Of a stretch of 64,000 bases of DNA, positions 25,090 through 37,719 are shown piece by piece; the first letter of the stretch is position 1; every line of letters starts with the position of its first letter. Where the stretch lies: NCBI RefSeq assembly GCF_030144855.1, contig NC_082731.1:20832001-20896000 (forward strand), given 5' to 3'. The position numbers and the translations under genes are program-made. The notes beneath the pieces are model-generated. The model had not been told where the DNA came from, did not search any database, and saw only the letters and a list, made by a program, of their open reading frames with translations. This stretch comes from Hypanus sabinus. Its lineage: Eukaryota.

Positions 25090-25960
25090 TATCGATTAAA
25101 TTATCCGCACAAGTTTAGAGGATTGTTAAGATAAGTAATGTTGCGTTGGGCTTCAGCAAGTCGGAGGATCCGGTTGATGCTCCGATATAATGCTTAGTCT
25201 TTAATAAACCTTAATTAGGTCACATTGTTCAATTCTGGTTGACTGTTCTTCGGAATGTAAGAGCATTAGAAATGCGTATTATATTGACTCTGATGTTGCT
25301 TTGACTAAAGAGATTATCATTCAAGAAAGCGAGGCACTTTCCAGTTGAAGTGAATGACGGTGACTTGATGGAGCACCACAAAATTTATGAATCAATTGGT
25401 TAACTAGAGATCTGATCTTGAGGTGGTCAGTAAGAATAATAGGAGTCACAATTTAAGATGATAAGAAGAATACATAGTGCTGCAAGTCGGAATTGTGTTT
25501 TTACACGGAGAGCGGTGTGCGTATAGAATGACCTTTCAGGTGTGATGGTAGTGACAGATATATTGGGGCAATTATGAAATTCAAATAGTTGAAAGTAAAT
25601 AAATGGTGCAATATGTGAGATGGACAGGTTAAATTATTCTTAGAGTCCGTTAAATATTCGGCACATTTCTGTGGGCGAAATATCAATATTGGATTGGAAT
25701 GTTCAGTTCTATGACAGAATCTCACTGGATGCAGTATAATCAATGAAAAGTTGTGATGCGAGCATGTAAATGGCTTTCAGAGGACACATGCAATTTTTCT
25801 GTAAGCAGCTTGGATTGCGTACCAGTCTAATAATACGGCATTTCAAAGTACTCCAACAACTCTTTCCAGAATTGCAGAAGGAGCCTGGTCTTCTGTTTAA
25901 ATTATTTGAGTCAGGAAATGTTTCCATATATTCATGCATTGATTAATGTGTCTGTTCTTT
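25090..25960 (+). mobile_element. Degenerate CR1 3' fragment
   Basis: CR1 RT/3' UTR-like sequence. Confidence 0.6.
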
Positions 25961-26197
25961 AAAATACCTTGGAGATGGAACATTGCGGCAGGTGGCACAG
26001 TCTGTATATGTTGGAGATTTTTCTGACATCTGACTTCGTCCGGTTTTATACAAGGTACAGTCCATTGTATTTGTTAAAAGACCAATGTCACTACAGTGTA
26101 ACATGGCCACTGGCATGGATGAGGTAAAGTAGACTGCGACACGTAGAGATAAGTCTCTATTTCATTAGTGATAATTTATACTGAGACTCTGTAAATT

Positions 26198-26420
26198 GGG
26201 CAGCTTGATGGCGGTGTGGCGTAAGACCTTTCAGTATCAGGGACATCGGTTCAATTTCCATACTGTCTGTAAGGTGCCTGTAGGCCCTCGCCGTGACTGC
26301 ATAACTTTCTCTTGGTGGTTTTGTTTCCTCTCGTAGTGCAAAACATACTAATGGATAGGTTAATTAGACTTTTAAAAATAGTGACCTGATTAGGGCTGTT
26401 GGGTCAGCCTGGGTCGTTGG
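26198..26420 (+). mobile_element. tRNA-derived V-SINE-like element
   Basis: tRNA-like head followed by V-SINE-like central domain (GTGACTGCATAACTTTCTC). Confidence 0.55.
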
Positions 26421-26539
26421 AAGTGGTAATAAATGGAACAGAAATCACTTGAGCTGGTAGACATGCTAAATCTTCAAGATAAATGCGTGCTTGCTTACTG
26501 AACCAGCCATTATGAAAATGGGAACGGAAGATGTTTGAA

Positions 26540-26850
26540 TTGATTGCACAATGGCAGAGTTAATAACAGTCTTGAAATACATTAACTAGATATTTTTCAG
26601 GAAATAGAGAAGAATATGTCCTTTTTGTCCATAATTAAAATAACGATCTCCATGCTTGCATTCTTCTTAATTTCCGGATATCGTGAAGTACATTCTATTG
26701 AAGCACCAAAACTTTGTATCCGACTGGCGATGAATTACCGACAATTGGATAAATCAAATCCATGCCATCTGGTAGGAGGGTACCCAGGCGGAACATGTAG
26801 TGTTGCTCCTCGAAACTCAGAGGACCCTCACCTAGGTCGTAGAGGAGGAC
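26540..26850 (-). pseudogene. Fossil V 'M', copy 2 (paralog 41105-41430)
   Basis: Homologous to 63065-63400. Confidence 0.4.
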
Positions 26851-26899
26851 AGAACCAATAAATCATTCTGAGAAGAGGAATTATTAGTAGTATTTGTGA

Positions 26900-27850
26900 T
26901 CACCTGGATATCCTATTCCTGGCTGTTCACTCAAGTTGGAACATCCGAACATCAAATATATATATCTCGGCATTTAATGCTATCAACTCCGCCAAACCAA
27001 TCAATACCTTTCAAGGCCTCAGTTCTTCCTTATGAAATTGGATGTTTGATTTCCACACTTGCCTACCTTGACTGTTCGGATTGGCAACAAAATCTCATCC
27101 AAAATCTTCATCAAAGCAGTTGCACCAAAGGTCTATGAGATTTGCCCCTTTACTCTACTGACTTTATACATATGACTATGTGACTATCACTTTAAATACC
27201 ATATTTACCTTTACTGACGGTATCGTTTGCTGACGCAAAGGTGTTGACGAATCAGCATATTGGAGGGAGATTGATATCTGCCCCAGTGGCATCACGATTA
27301 TACTGTCTTATCCAATGTGAACATGACCAAGGGGATGATCGCTGATTTCAAGTCGAAAAAAACTGAGTTACGTGTAGCAGACTATCAGGGGAATCTGAGT
27401 TAGAGAAGTTCAACAACGTTAAATCCCTGGAAAGCCTGTATTGTACAATTAAAAAGAAGGCGCAGCACCGCCTCTACTTCCTCTAGAGTTTTCGAAGATT
27501 CGATCTGCAACTAAGACGTTGACGCGTTTCTAAAGAAGATTATGTTGGTTTGCTTCATCACTCATGACAGACAGGTATGGAAACAGCAATGCCTTTGAAC
27601 GGAACATCCTATGAACAGCGCTTGATACATCGAAGTCCATCACGGATAAAGCTTTCCACATCTATGAGCATATCTACCCAGATCGTTGCCCCATGAAAGC
27701 AGCACCCATCATCATGGACCCCCACCACACAGGTCATGCACCCTACTCGGTGTCGCTATCAGGGAGAAGGTACAAACGTTGTATATGAAGCCTAAGACTG
27801 ACGTTGTTAGTGGAAGAAAAATGTCTTTGCACACAAACATCAGGCTGTTG
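26900..27850 (+). mobile_element. Ancient Rex1/Babar-type RT remnant, copy 2
   Basis: Decayed SAFNxII...CVLSPLLYSL..FADD..., KKAQHRLYFL. Confidence 0.7.
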
Positions 27851-27928
27851 AAGAAGAGAAGTTATTTTGCCCGTCTGTTAACTGTTTTCCGAAACTATCG
27901 ACTCACTTTGAAGGACTTACTCATTTCA

Positions 27929-28073
27929 NNNNNNNNNNNNNNNNNNNNNNNNNNNNNNNNNNNNNNNNNNNNNNNNNNNNNNNNNNNNNNNNNNNNNNNN
28001 NNNNNNNNNNNNNNNNNNNNNNNNNNNNNNNNNNNNNNNNNNNNNNNNNNNNNNNNNNNNNNNNNNNNNNNNN
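27929..28073. other. Assembly gap (145 N)
   Basis: N run. Confidence 1.
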
Positions 28074-28249
28074 TATTTCAATAACTCTGCTTCAGTTACT
28101 GTAGTTCCTGAATATGCTCACATTAACATGATGTCACAGTATTATATATGTACGTCGATATATCTATACGTCCATAGTAAATTTACTTTGAATTTTGAGC
28201 ATTGTTTTGGGCTACAAGGGGAAGATGCCCAGCGAAGCGCTCCCCAAAC

Positions 28250-28458
28250 TAGCTTTAGTTGTTGCAGTCTAGATCGCGCCTGGAACGTCTGAAAAAGTTG
28301 GTGCGCTCGAAAGACAGGCAGGTAAACTACTGCCTCATTTAGAAAGAGTTTTTAGGCCTTGCCTGGTGATGAGCGACGAACTGAATGGACAAATTACATA
28401 TTCCATTTGCAGGGATAAGATGCAGCATTGTGATCTATGTGCATTTGCGCGATCTCTG
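28250..28458 (-). pseudogene. Fossil V 'H', copy 2
   Basis: TTTTCAG acceptor, LSCK, GTCCATT...CCAGGCAAGGCC like VH(W)...PGKA. Confidence 0.45.
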
Positions 28459-28679
28459 CTGAAAATGGAAAAAAATCGGAAAGATGGAGAGAAAGTTCTG
28501 CATAGTGACTATTAGTTCTCTCTAACAATAGTCCCGATTATTTGAGTGAAGTATCAACTCACCGAGGATTCAAGAATGATTCATGGACAATAGTTGAAGC
28601 TCCGTTGATTGATGAGCTCGTTGAGCCTGAAAAGTAAAATACGAACTTTATCCCTTTCACGGCGTTTGGACGATGGGAA

Positions 28680-29100
28680 ACTGTTTAGTTGAGCGTGACG
28701 GCAGTGTTGACTTTAAAGGAAGGGAACCACCGCACTTCAGTGAATGAGAACGTCTCAGGTGTTTTTTTTTCTTTATTAACAGCATGATTCAAAGGACGGA
28801 TGTGAAGGGAAAAGAGCAACAATGCCAAAGGGTGAAAATGTTTACCAGTGAAAGTTTGAGGAAGTATAGTTAAGATAGCAATGGGAGTCAGTCTGCTTAT
28901 AAAATATATCAGAGGTGTGCGCTGACTGAAAAACACAGCGATATATGTTTTTGCTATGTGAGAACGCCAAACGGTGGCTCCTTTGTGATATCGATGGGAA
29001 GTTTTGTCTGATCAGAATCTGAGCACGTTTTTCACCAACATCTGATCTATTCTTCTGCCACTCCATTCAAAATATAAATTAATTGTTATTGACGACAGTG
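28680..29100 (-). mobile_element. Ancient Penelope RT fragment (paralog ~43030-43270)
   Basis: TSDIFYKQTDSHCYLNYTSS resembles PLE RT TDIYYKPTDSHSYLDYTSSHP. Confidence 0.65.
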
Positions 29101-29572
29101 GTAACGCAGGATTTGTAGCTGAATATTCCATGACATTAAACAGCACAGGGGTCGCGTAATTACATTTTGATGTGAGCACAGTTAAAACGACCAAAACACA
29201 ACAATATACATCAATATATAAGATAATGTTCGAGCCTTCGTGCAGGACACTCAATATTATGAACCCATTGAATCAAGTCTTCAGACGCTAAAATTCTGAT
29301 CCACATTGCCTTTCCATGCATGTTTCTGTTAATGAGTTCGCCAACTAAGGAACAGATAGGAATCCCTAAAGATGAAGAGGCTTTGATCAAAGTTATAGCC
29401 ATCGAAGTTCAAAAACAACGATTGCAAATGCCAAGTGGATATGTTACTGGAGATGAACCTGGCTAGAAAATCATATGGTATTATTGGACAAAGCCTTTAC
29501 ACATCAGTTAGAATTTATGTTCCCCTTGATTTGTTCGCCCTCTATCGATATCTGGAGGAAGTTGTGAAAGTG

Positions 29573-29611
29573 GGTTTTTGTTCGAGATAGTTGAGTTTTT
29601 ACAGCACTGTG
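29573..29611 (-). other. 23-RSS of V2
   Basis: CACAGTG 29605-29611, 23-nt spacer, ACAAAAACC 29573-29581. Confidence 0.95.
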
Positions 29612-30087
29612 TGCTCATGGCGCAGAGGTACGTGGCTGAGTCAGAGATAATGGCATTCCTAATCGAGAGTTCGGAATACTTTTTACTGTTATCATAGGAA
29701 GCAGATAATCGGTCGGTTACATATTCATTTCGGTTTACTGTCCCTTTGATGATCCGAATCATATACTGTGGTCGCTGTCTGGGGCGCTGCCAGTACCAGA
29801 AAACATTCGGGAATGCAGCACTTGTTTGTAAAGTGCAGTTTAGTGTAATATTACTTTCTTCATCGATCGTCACTGCATCCACTGACTGTTCCACTGAGTC
29901 TTGAAGGCTCCTGTCTAACAGTAAAAAAGATAATAGATCATAAACTTTACTTCGAACGCTATGGTTGCATAAATAAAAAAATCAAACGTATTTACAGAGA
30001 ATTAGGTATCTCTGAAATATTACAGAGAAGGATCATCTTACCCAGAAGAACGGCAATAATGAGGAGCGGAGTAAGACAGTTCTTCAT
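29612..30087 (-). CDS. TRAV: Intact TCR alpha/delta-type V gene (V2): leader 30042-30087, V exon 29612-29914
   Basis: Leader MKNCLTPLLIIAVLL, G|GTAAG donor, TTAG acceptor. V exon DRSLQDSVEQSVDAV...LNC...VFWYWQRP...SDSATYLCAMS is open. Confidence 0.95.
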
Positions 30088-30190
30088 AATCACTTTGTTT
30101 GAGTCTGTACTCTCGTGATCATAGAGTGGAGACTCTTTGCCAGAGGAGAAAAACACGTACCTTCGGGAAAGCGACCAATCAGAACAGGCA
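30088..30190 (-). promoter_or_regulatory. V2 proximal promoter: CCAAT box (30175-30179), TATA-like motif altered
   Basis: Homologous to V1/V3 promoters; GTGTATTTAT is replaced by GTGTTTTTCT. Confidence 0.5.
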
Positions 30191-30708
30191 ACGCACGGTG
30201 CTGAATCTCTAAGATAAAGCGTTCTGACGGAATGCAGGAAATGAAATGTTGTCGAGCTGATCGCAGAACCAACAAATCAGATACCTTGTGAGCTGACATC
30301 AACAGCGCAGCGCCACTCAAAGCCGAAGAATACGGGGCAGCCTGCAATTCTTGTTGAGAAGTCTGTTAACAAATTGCGATTGCCAATCGTGGCAGAGAAT
30401 GCGAGCAGAATTAGATCGGAGGGTAACGAAGTCTTAGTGCAGCAAAAGATGCAATAACAATCTTTACTCTCCTCTGACGTGGATTTCGTGCAGAACGTGG
30501 AGACGACAGAATTGATTTGAAACGCAGACATGAGCAAGCAGCACGGCGCCCGACATGTTGACCTGTTCAGGTGCAGCCTATGTAGCTTTCCTCTAAATAA
30601 CTTAGCAATGAATTTCGCGGATGGAAGTGGTGATTGACTGTGCATAGGCGGTTATGACGTGAAGAAGGCACAGCATTTCCTGTAACATCGCCAGGAGCAA
30701 AGAAGATA

Positions 30709-30727
30709 TATCCACCAGGTGGCATCA
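30709..30727 (+). promoter_or_regulatory. CTCF-binding-site-like motif upstream of V2
   Basis: CCACCAGGTGGCA at 30712-30724 matches the CTCF core consensus, 625 bp from the ATG. Confidence 0.65.
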
Positions 30728-31229
30728 AATCTTAAGATATTACTTCTTTAGGAATGTTTGTTTTCCGATTTTCGCTGACACTCCCTCGCCAGATCGGTGT
30801 TCTCAGCAATTCCCTCATTTATAATTGTCATATGAAATGAAAATAAGCAATCTCCCTCATTAACTGCAGAGAAGTAAAACTCTCACAGTTGAGGAAGCAC
30901 TTTTCTCCCGAAAATCTGGTCTGAAAACTCCCGATGATGAAGCTGATAAAGTATCGATGGATGTTCTTAAATATATAGGTCAGAATATAAAACAATATCT
31001 CCTTTCCCAGAATGTTGAGATTAATCAGGATACATCCAGCCGAATTTACATGAATTTGTCACGCAACTATTTTCTGAGGTACAATCTCAGAAATAAACAA
31101 ATACAATCAGAACAATACGTTGTTTCTTGTGTTTGTTCAGCAGGATATTATGTTGTACCATCCGAGTCTACGTTTTACGCAGGTTTTGATTATTGACTCA
31201 GCAGTCGCAGAGATCAAAAAATATGTCTC

Positions 31230-31528
31230 GCATTTTGGTAACAGAGGCATGTGAAGGACTGGCCTTGGGCTGCTGTGTATGTCGTTCATCATTGGCAAGA
31301 CGACAAACAAATCTTAATCATCATTAAGTGTTGCGGTATCAGAAGTAAACAAAATCCCCATAAAGAAGAGCATAGTGGAAAAATGCCAACCCATTCCTAT
31401 TGAACCCATTCCTGGATTGTATGACCATGAGGGAACAGCTAAACATATGATATATTCAAACTGTGAGTTGAGTTCTAAAGTGCACCCCACCACGACTTGT
31501 GTTACAGTATCTCTCATGTCATGATACT
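31230..31528 (-). pseudogene. Fossil V 'J', copy 2 (paralog 50650-50959)
   Basis: Acceptor then DTVTQ, LN(C)xFE, TGGTCATACAATCCAGGA like WYIQYPG; copy 3 has LSDT(P)I. Confidence 0.55.
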
Positions 31529-31927
31529 CTGATTCAAATACTTTCTCCCCCGAAGTTGAAATCATTTGTGAATGAACGCTGTACTCATATTGCGCATGTG
31601 ATGTGGAAAAACAGAACAGACCTGGACGAGAATGTGATCGATCTATTCTGGTAAAATGACAAACAGTATACCGTGCCGGACATAGAGAGGTGTTGTCCCA
31701 TTCTTTATGATGAATTCTGATATTTCGAGGTGCTTGATTCTGTGAGACGCCGGAGTGCTTTTTTAATCATTATAACCATATTTAAGCAATGCCGAAACAA
31801 TAACCCTGCAAAATTATTGGTTGACATGGACAACGAAGCATCTCATTACTTCAAGCCGCACTTGCAGCGGTTATATACATATATATAGTTTTTTTTTCTT
31901 TCTCCTTAATCTATTTTCTCTCCACAG

Positions 31928-32110
31928 CTATCCGAACAGACAACCAAAGTTTGCCGTCTGGAGACCAAATACATGAAGCTATGAACATACGGTGTAATTC
32001 ATTAAAAGTCGTTTTGATGATACAGTCCAGGAGTCGAGAAGCAGTAACAACTGACAGCTGGAGCTGTGCAGCTGACCGACACCACGTGGTAATTCCGTGC
32101 GGAGGTGAGT
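31928..32110 (+). pseudogene. Fossil V 'K' (internally deleted, copy 2 only)
   Basis: Strong acceptor; NQSLPS...MNIRCN; ATACAGTCCAGGAG like IQ(Y)PG; LTAGAVQLTDTTW*FRA like ...VQLTDTAVYFCA. Confidence 0.55.
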
Positions 32111-34685
32111 TTGAGAGTAAAGGGATGATTTTTTTTCAAAAGTTACTGCGTACATTTCTGCTGAGCAAGCCACTGCAAACGATGTGAACCAAACGTGGGG
32201 AGCTAAGCAGGGTGCAGAGTCCCTGAGCGTTATTGGTACCACTCCACTGAGTTTTAACATAAAATACAGTATGTAATATAAAGTATGAGGCTATATTAGG
32301 TGACGATATGATATATCTAAGAGTAATTACCATTAGTTTATAATAAATACATCTTTTGGAAGACGTGATGTTGCAGGGTACTTTAGTTTCCGTTACACAT
32401 TGCGATGAAAGGTGATACTGTACATTGCACTTCACATCGTGAGAGTACGAATAATTTGTCCAATAACTCAGTCTAAGGCATCAGCACTTGTATTAGAATG
32501 AACCGGTTTTAGGTCTACGTTCTTTCATTATTTCTGTGAAATTTGTTAATGCTATAAAATGCTCAGTATATGTCATGAACTTTGTCAGACAACCGCTCTG
32601 AAAACAGACCCAAGAGCCAATTACAGAGTTTATTGCTGTAATATGGAGAGAGTTTGTATATCTTTGAATAGGATCACGTTCCAGGGCACTGCATGGTCAC
32701 GTTTAATGCAGCACTTACAAAGTTAGTAGTGCTGTACACTTTAATGTAAACCTGTAGCAAAGATAACATACTAGGTCCTGAATTTAACAAATGAAAGAGA
32801 ACGTGAAACAAACATTCGTAAGATAAGACAGCATCCGTGCAGTGCACAGAAGAGTTCATGCTATTCAACATATACCTGATAGTGTGTTCCAATCTATGAC
32901 GAATTAGTTTAATCTGCTGAGTGACCAGAGTGCAACGGAGTCCCGAGTATTAAAAAATAATTGTTAAAGAGCACTGCAGCATAAACTGAGGATTAGCTAC
33001 AAACCGATCTTAATCTAATATGCGCAGGCCGTGTAAGGATGATTTTGTAATAGTATTTGTTGTTTACGCTCCTATAACGAAGGACGATGTTGGCGCAGTT
33101 TTAATACACGGGTGTCATATGTCCTCTCAGGCAGTGAATGCATTCAGGCAGATCCAGAAAACGAAAAATAAAGAATTTATAAAGGCAATGCCTGTGTGCC
33201 TTACAACTATTTAATTTTCTGTTTTGACGAAACATTCTATCTCAAGAACTCACAAAATTAGGAAAGCATGATTGATATTTGGATAATGTTAGTGTGCCAA
33301 TCTTCTTTCATCTATTATTTGTCATGGTTCCGGTTGGCTGCTTCCCGTTTAACGCTCCTTTCTCCCTGATTACGCCCTAATTTCAGTCATTAGATCTCCA
33401 GTTGCTGCTAGTTTTCTCAATTACAGTACACCAGGTTTTCATCAGAGACTGTGAAATAAGTACGGCGGCGCCTCTATCACAGGTTGCCAGTTTGTTGGTC
33501 TATTCCCATGTGATAACTTCGTTTCTCGACTGCTTAGAACTGTTTGTTCTAAGTTCAGCTCCATGAATACCCCGTCTCCGTTTCAAGACTCCATATCAAA
33601 GCTCCGTGTCAAAATTCCTCCCGTTTACTGTTCAATGTTCACATCTACGCCAGCATTCGCAACTCATTCTCCGTGCCTGTGTCCTGCACTTGGGTTCTGC
33701 TCAGTCGCTCCGTGCAAAATTATTAGCGATGACAAAGTACAAGCGGGAACACTGTTTGTATTAGTAAATGAGAGCGTTACAAATGAAATAGGATATCTCA
33801 TGCTGAATTAAACTCAATCCTAAAGTGATTAAATTTCCTCGATTTGTAATGGATTATTTCATTTCCATTTACCTTTCTACCTCTGCTCTTTTTATGTTCT
33901 TCTTTTTAATTGCAAAATCTATCCATCAGCTGGAAAATACCTTCATGTTAATTCTGAGTAAACGTTTAAGGCAATCATGCAGCTTTGATCTATCAAGTAG
34001 AACTTCTTTTTTCTTTTACTCACAAGACGTCCAAAATGGATTAAAAATTGTGTCCTACATTTTATGGTTTTATAATCAAAGGCTGCCTGGACGTTTGAAT
34101 AAATAATACATGTAAACAATTAACAGATAATTAATTAAAAAGCTACCCACTTACTGATTAAGTAACATAAATAGTTAAATATATAAACACATAAACTAAT
34201 GGTAAGTAAATAAAGGGAAGAAATGTAAAAATAAATAAACAAATTATGGCACAGTCGAACAGATAGATATTTCTGTAGATAAAGAGAATAGGTTAAATCA
34301 CCAAGCAAACAATCAAATAATTAAGTAATGATGTTTAAAACAACTCAATAGACAGTGCGTCTCATGATGACCATATAAAAATTACTAACATATCTTTGGA
34401 GGCTGAGACTATGCAGGAACATTCCAAGGTGTTTCATAAATCGACAATTACTCACACTTCCAGTTTGGCGAGCTTTACTGTTCAAACACATTTACCCTCC
34501 AGAGCATCACAGTGTTTCCGAATAATATCGTGCATCAGATGCTTTGTGGTCCATTACTAAAACTTTCAAAATGATCTTTCAGAAGACAGTGTTCTCATTG
34601 CTTCCCTCTGTTCCTATTATGAAATCGGAGCTCAATATTCAAGTCTTACAACAATACAGAATTTTAAATCAAAAATGAAATTTGA

Positions 34686-35457
34686 GGAAATTGTGTTCCT
34701 ATAATTTGTTCCAGTAAAAGTCTTAAATTTGTCCAAAAAGGTTGAATTTTAGAGCAAGACCATGTCGAATGTAAAAAAGTACCAGTTTCCTGGTTACATC
34801 GGAAACACTGATCCGATAAATTTGGATTAAATTTTTTTATTTTTTGTGGTGTAATATATAATTGATGTAGAAAATTATACTGCACTAATCTTAACCGAAC
34901 ATTTATTGTATTTGTCATACTGTCAAGGCATAGTCTTGACCAATTTGTTTCTTCAATTTTAATATTCAAATCACTTTCCCATTTTTGTCTTGACTTATGG
35001 ACTCCTTGCTTAATTACCTGTCTTTGAATCAAATTATACATGCAAGATTATAGGAACACAATTTCCTCATAATCCAATATTATTTTTACTAGGTGATATT
35101 GAAGGGATAAAACCGAAACTCAAACTAAATAAGTATCAGAAAGAATTTATAAAAATTGCACTGGCAGTAGCCAAAAAAGCTATTGCAGTTACTTGGAAAT
35201 CGGATTCACATATAAGTATAGATTCTTGGAAGAAAGAAATCTATGGTTGTATTCCATTAGAAAAAATTACTTATAATTTAAGAGATAAATATGAAACATT
35301 TTTGAAAATTTGGAGCCCTTATTTACAAAAGATAGGATTAAATATATAGATGCTTTTAAGATGAAACAATTGGTTATTAGGGGGAAGAAATAAATATACA
35401 TATTAAAATTATTACGAACTCCATGGAGCATGTGGAGATCTTCCAACCACCAGGCAT

Positions 35458-35513
<56 letters not shown>

Positions 35514-35636
35514 TTTTTTCTAAGGGGCAGTTAGGGGGGAGGGGTTAAGGGGAGGGGGTATGGGTTATATACATTGTTTTTTTCATACTTTGTAATCATT
35601 TAAAAATGCAATAAAAAATTATTTAAAAAAAAAAAA
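34686..35636. mobile_element. Young L1-clade insertion, 5'-inverted, with poly(A) and 15-bp TSD
   Basis: Minus 34686-35041 encodes CFRC...HSTWSC; plus 35042-35350 encodes the ORF2 C-terminus. TSD AAAAATGAAATTTGA at 34671-34685 and 35637-35651. Confidence 0.9.
35455..35520 (+). repeat. (TTTC)n microsatellite in the L1 3' UTR
   Basis: Seen directly. Confidence 0.95.
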
Positions 35637-37719
35637 AAAAATGAAATTTGAAATAGAATAACTGTCGCAAACGCAGACTGTTCTTGCTGTTTACAGGTTC
35701 ATGATACGTGAATTAGAGTATCGAGAGTGTAACACAAAATTCCGCGACTGGGGTACAATCCATTTCTACTTCTGAACAAACTTTCCCTGCTGCAACTTCA
35801 CTGCAAGCATAGTGAGAAATTAATTCAAATGTGGCCCAATAAAGGGCGCGTAAACCAATCTGTTGTTACAGTGAATGCCTGTTTCATCTTTTCACACGAG
35901 AGGGAGTAATCAATATATGCAGTTCTGAAGGAGATCGCGGCATGTATTCTAAACGGTTTAATCGGTCCTGCAAAAATCGAAAGAGTGTGGGCATTGAATT
36001 TAATTTACGCCTCATCTATAAGCGTTGGATACATTGTTGGATACAATTCCTTTACAAATAGTGGTGCGAACTGAATACGGGTCAAAAGAACTGCACATCT
36101 TTGTGCTAACCAGTAGGCTACGTTATCGCTGGTTAACCTCTCCCTTATAAAACTCGTGGCAACCGAAATCTTCGTCAAAACTTTTGCAGCCTCTCCTCAT
36201 CAGTCACTCACCATCTATTTCGGAAGATTGTATACAATTTTCTGGTCATCGCTACCAGAGTAGCTACAATAGGCATCGGGATATTTCTCCCACTATTGCA
36301 TCCCTCTCCGCGAGAAAGGGATGCAGGCTTGATTGACATTGGGTTTCGAAAGCATATCACTTTTCGCTAACGATCGTTCACGCATTCGACCAGTTCATTG
36401 CCATTTACTGCCGGTGGGGTAAATTTCGTTATTGATCAAAGCAGACCTGTTATTGCAACACATTTCGTGGCGGGCTGGTGGAGGTTCATACCTTATTCTT
36501 TCGCAAAGGTGATATTTAGAGTACAAACCACAAAGCTTACACTTCCGCTTTAGACCAAACAGATATTCACCAAATCAAGATGGCATTAAGCATGACCACT
36601 TTGCAGTTCAACAAAAGGGTTCCCTCCAAATGCTGAATGTTCTGGCGATAATACATATTCTACTGGATAGCTACAAGCAAAATGATCGCAAAATAAGGAA
36701 AAAAAATATATAATTCAGTTGCTAGTGGCTTCGTGGTGCAGTTTCTTCTGTTGCGGTTGACAATTAATAAGATTATTTTTAAACGTGCAATTAATAAGCA
36801 ACCTGTTCCATAACAGATGAACACGAGTAAACATTTGTTTGAACTGGTCCGTTTCCGCACCACCCTTTTATAGACTATGGAACTTTGACAAATGTGTTTA
36901 GTAATTAGGTCATGGGATTTATGTTGTCCGTTCATCTAGTGCAAATTGAAGCAAATGTCAGTACTTATGAATTTAGATAGATTAAGCTGAACAGGACAGG
37001 AAACGTTGTAAGTTTTATGAAATAAACAGAAAATAGTTTCTGTTGGTTCCAGTTGTTTTGTATTCCCTGGTTTCTTTATATAATTGTTGGCATTTCAGCT
37101 TTATCCTCTGTGTACTGACAGACATTCGACTGAGTGAATAATGCCCTCTTCTTATGGAGCTGCTACATTCCAACTAAGCCCATGGAACAAGCAGAAAACT
37201 GAGGATCATTGTTTTTCAATCCTAGGAAGTATTTGCAAATGTGCCAGTCGTTCAAAGTTCATACGACCATTTAACGCTTTCCAAACTAGCTCTAAGGAAC
37301 TGACCAGCTCAGGTCTGCAATTTACATCTTCTTCACACACATGCTCTGCCAACTGTAAACCAGAATTACTTTCGATATCTTTGTTTGACTACTGAATGGG
37401 CACAACTGAGAAATGTACATGATAAACAAAGAGGAATTCCTCAGAATAGTATAGATTGATTCCTTTAATTATAGTATTAGCATATCGAGCTGTCGCATCT
37501 ACCTGGTTCTCTCATCTTAAAGCCCTTGCTATAGTCAGTGATATTGTGTCCTCTAACCTCAAAGCATTCTCTTGATATTGTATATAATTGGCTGCCTTAG
37601 TTCCTAACCTCCCGGAGTGCATCACAGCAAATAACGTCATACTAAACTGGGCAGCATGAATAAAACTGATCATTTTTTCACTTAGCTGTAGAACCTAGAT
37701 TACATATTTTTTGACGGAC

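Larger units (their letters stand above)
16550..33890. repeat. Cassette copy 2
   Basis: Anchor at 16587; same block order with different deletions and insertions. Confidence 0.9.
34325..35763 (-). pseudogene. Fossil V 'A', copy 3, with an L1 in its intron
   Basis: FR1 IIGTEGSN-x-TLS (one frameshift), IIRK, ends ATGAGA; leader ATG at 35763. Confidence 0.7.
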
